Assembly (NCBI GenBank): GCA_023515725.1
Contig: JALDTO010000158.1
Span: 248,001 to 312,000, forward strand
From: Amoeboaphelidium protococcarum X5
Taxonomy: Eukaryota > Fungi > Aphelidiomycota
Reading direction: 5' to 3'
Length of the DNA stretch: 64,000 bases
This document shows positions 63,568-64,000 of this stretch, piece after piece (within the stretch, counting starts at the first letter, position 1; each line of letters starts with the position of its first letter). Below the pieces are notes generated by a model. The model was not told where the DNA came from and ran no database searches. It saw only the letters and a program-made list of their open reading frames with translations. Both the position numbers and the translations under genes were made by a program.

Positions 63568-64000
63568 ATGACTGAAATCAAAGCATAAAGTGAATAGCCA
63601 TAGTAAGAATAATAGTCACTGCAGACTAGTAGTAAGAGCAGTGATGCTAGTAAGAGCGAAAAGAAGAGCTACAAGATATACAAGGACCGCGCCACCATCT
63701 ACGTGGGACATATTCCGCATGGGTTCTATGAGAAGGAGATGCGTGCCTACTTTAAATAGTTTGGCGATGTGACGCGTTTAAGACTGAGCAGAAGCAAGAG
63801 AACCGGTCGATGCAGAGGATACGGATTTGTGGAATTCAAGAGTAAAGACACTGCGCAGGTGGTGGTGGATACGATGCACAACTATCTGATCATGGGCAAG
63901 CTGTTGCAGGTGAAAATGTTGGATCAGAGCAAATTACATCCGGACATTTGGATTGGATGCAGCAGAAGGTATGACGCGTTCCCTACCACCAGTCTGAAGA
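63568..64000 (+). CDS. NOP15: Nucleolar RRM protein Nop15/NIFK (3' partial)
   Basis: [47 protein letters not shown]...TMHNYLI. Confidence 0.92.

Noticed and set aside
1-64000. Window-wide pseudogenisation suggested by the fragmented ORF track
   Set aside because: The breaks are TAA/TAG at Gln positions and fragments stay in frame, so this is a code reassignment.

Overview
Gene-dense, intron-poor eukaryotic nuclear DNA. It uses a non-standard code in which TAA/TAG encode Gln and TGA is the only stop, so the supplied standard-code ORF track is fragmented. Re-read in this code, the window holds about 30 single- or few-exon genes: AP sigma subunit, PWP2, arrestin-domain protein, STE24, NDUFA13, VPS54, striatin, RPN8, TMEM62, ABHD4/5-like hydrolase, ENA ATPase, SmD2, DAD1, ATP15, SUS1, NDUFS6, CHD1L/ALC1, EDE1, ZIP transporter, GLT1, a HAC1/XBP1-like bZIP, CRM1, uL10m, RPL12, GLE1, RIB5, COX15, an Lnt-like protein and NOP15. 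Fungus-like proteins plus TAR=Gln suggest an aphelid such as Amoeboaphelidium protococcarum (inference). Highlights: (1) a HAC1/XBP1-like gene with a predicted 62-nt unconventional IRE1 intron (two CNG|CAGN 7-nt loops on a 14-bp basal stem), a dual-coded C-terminus (hydrophobic/basic unspliced, acidic spliced) and Gln in place of the invariant bZIP Arg; (2) a 1.86-kb non-autonomous Helentron/Helitron-like element splitting a gene, whose removal restores the frame; (3) an Lnt/nitrilase-fold membrane protein lacking all three catalytic residues; (4) three decayed coding-like regions and recurrent CGCG and ACTGACTGA promoter motifs. All coordinates and translations were read by hand; no searches were run.
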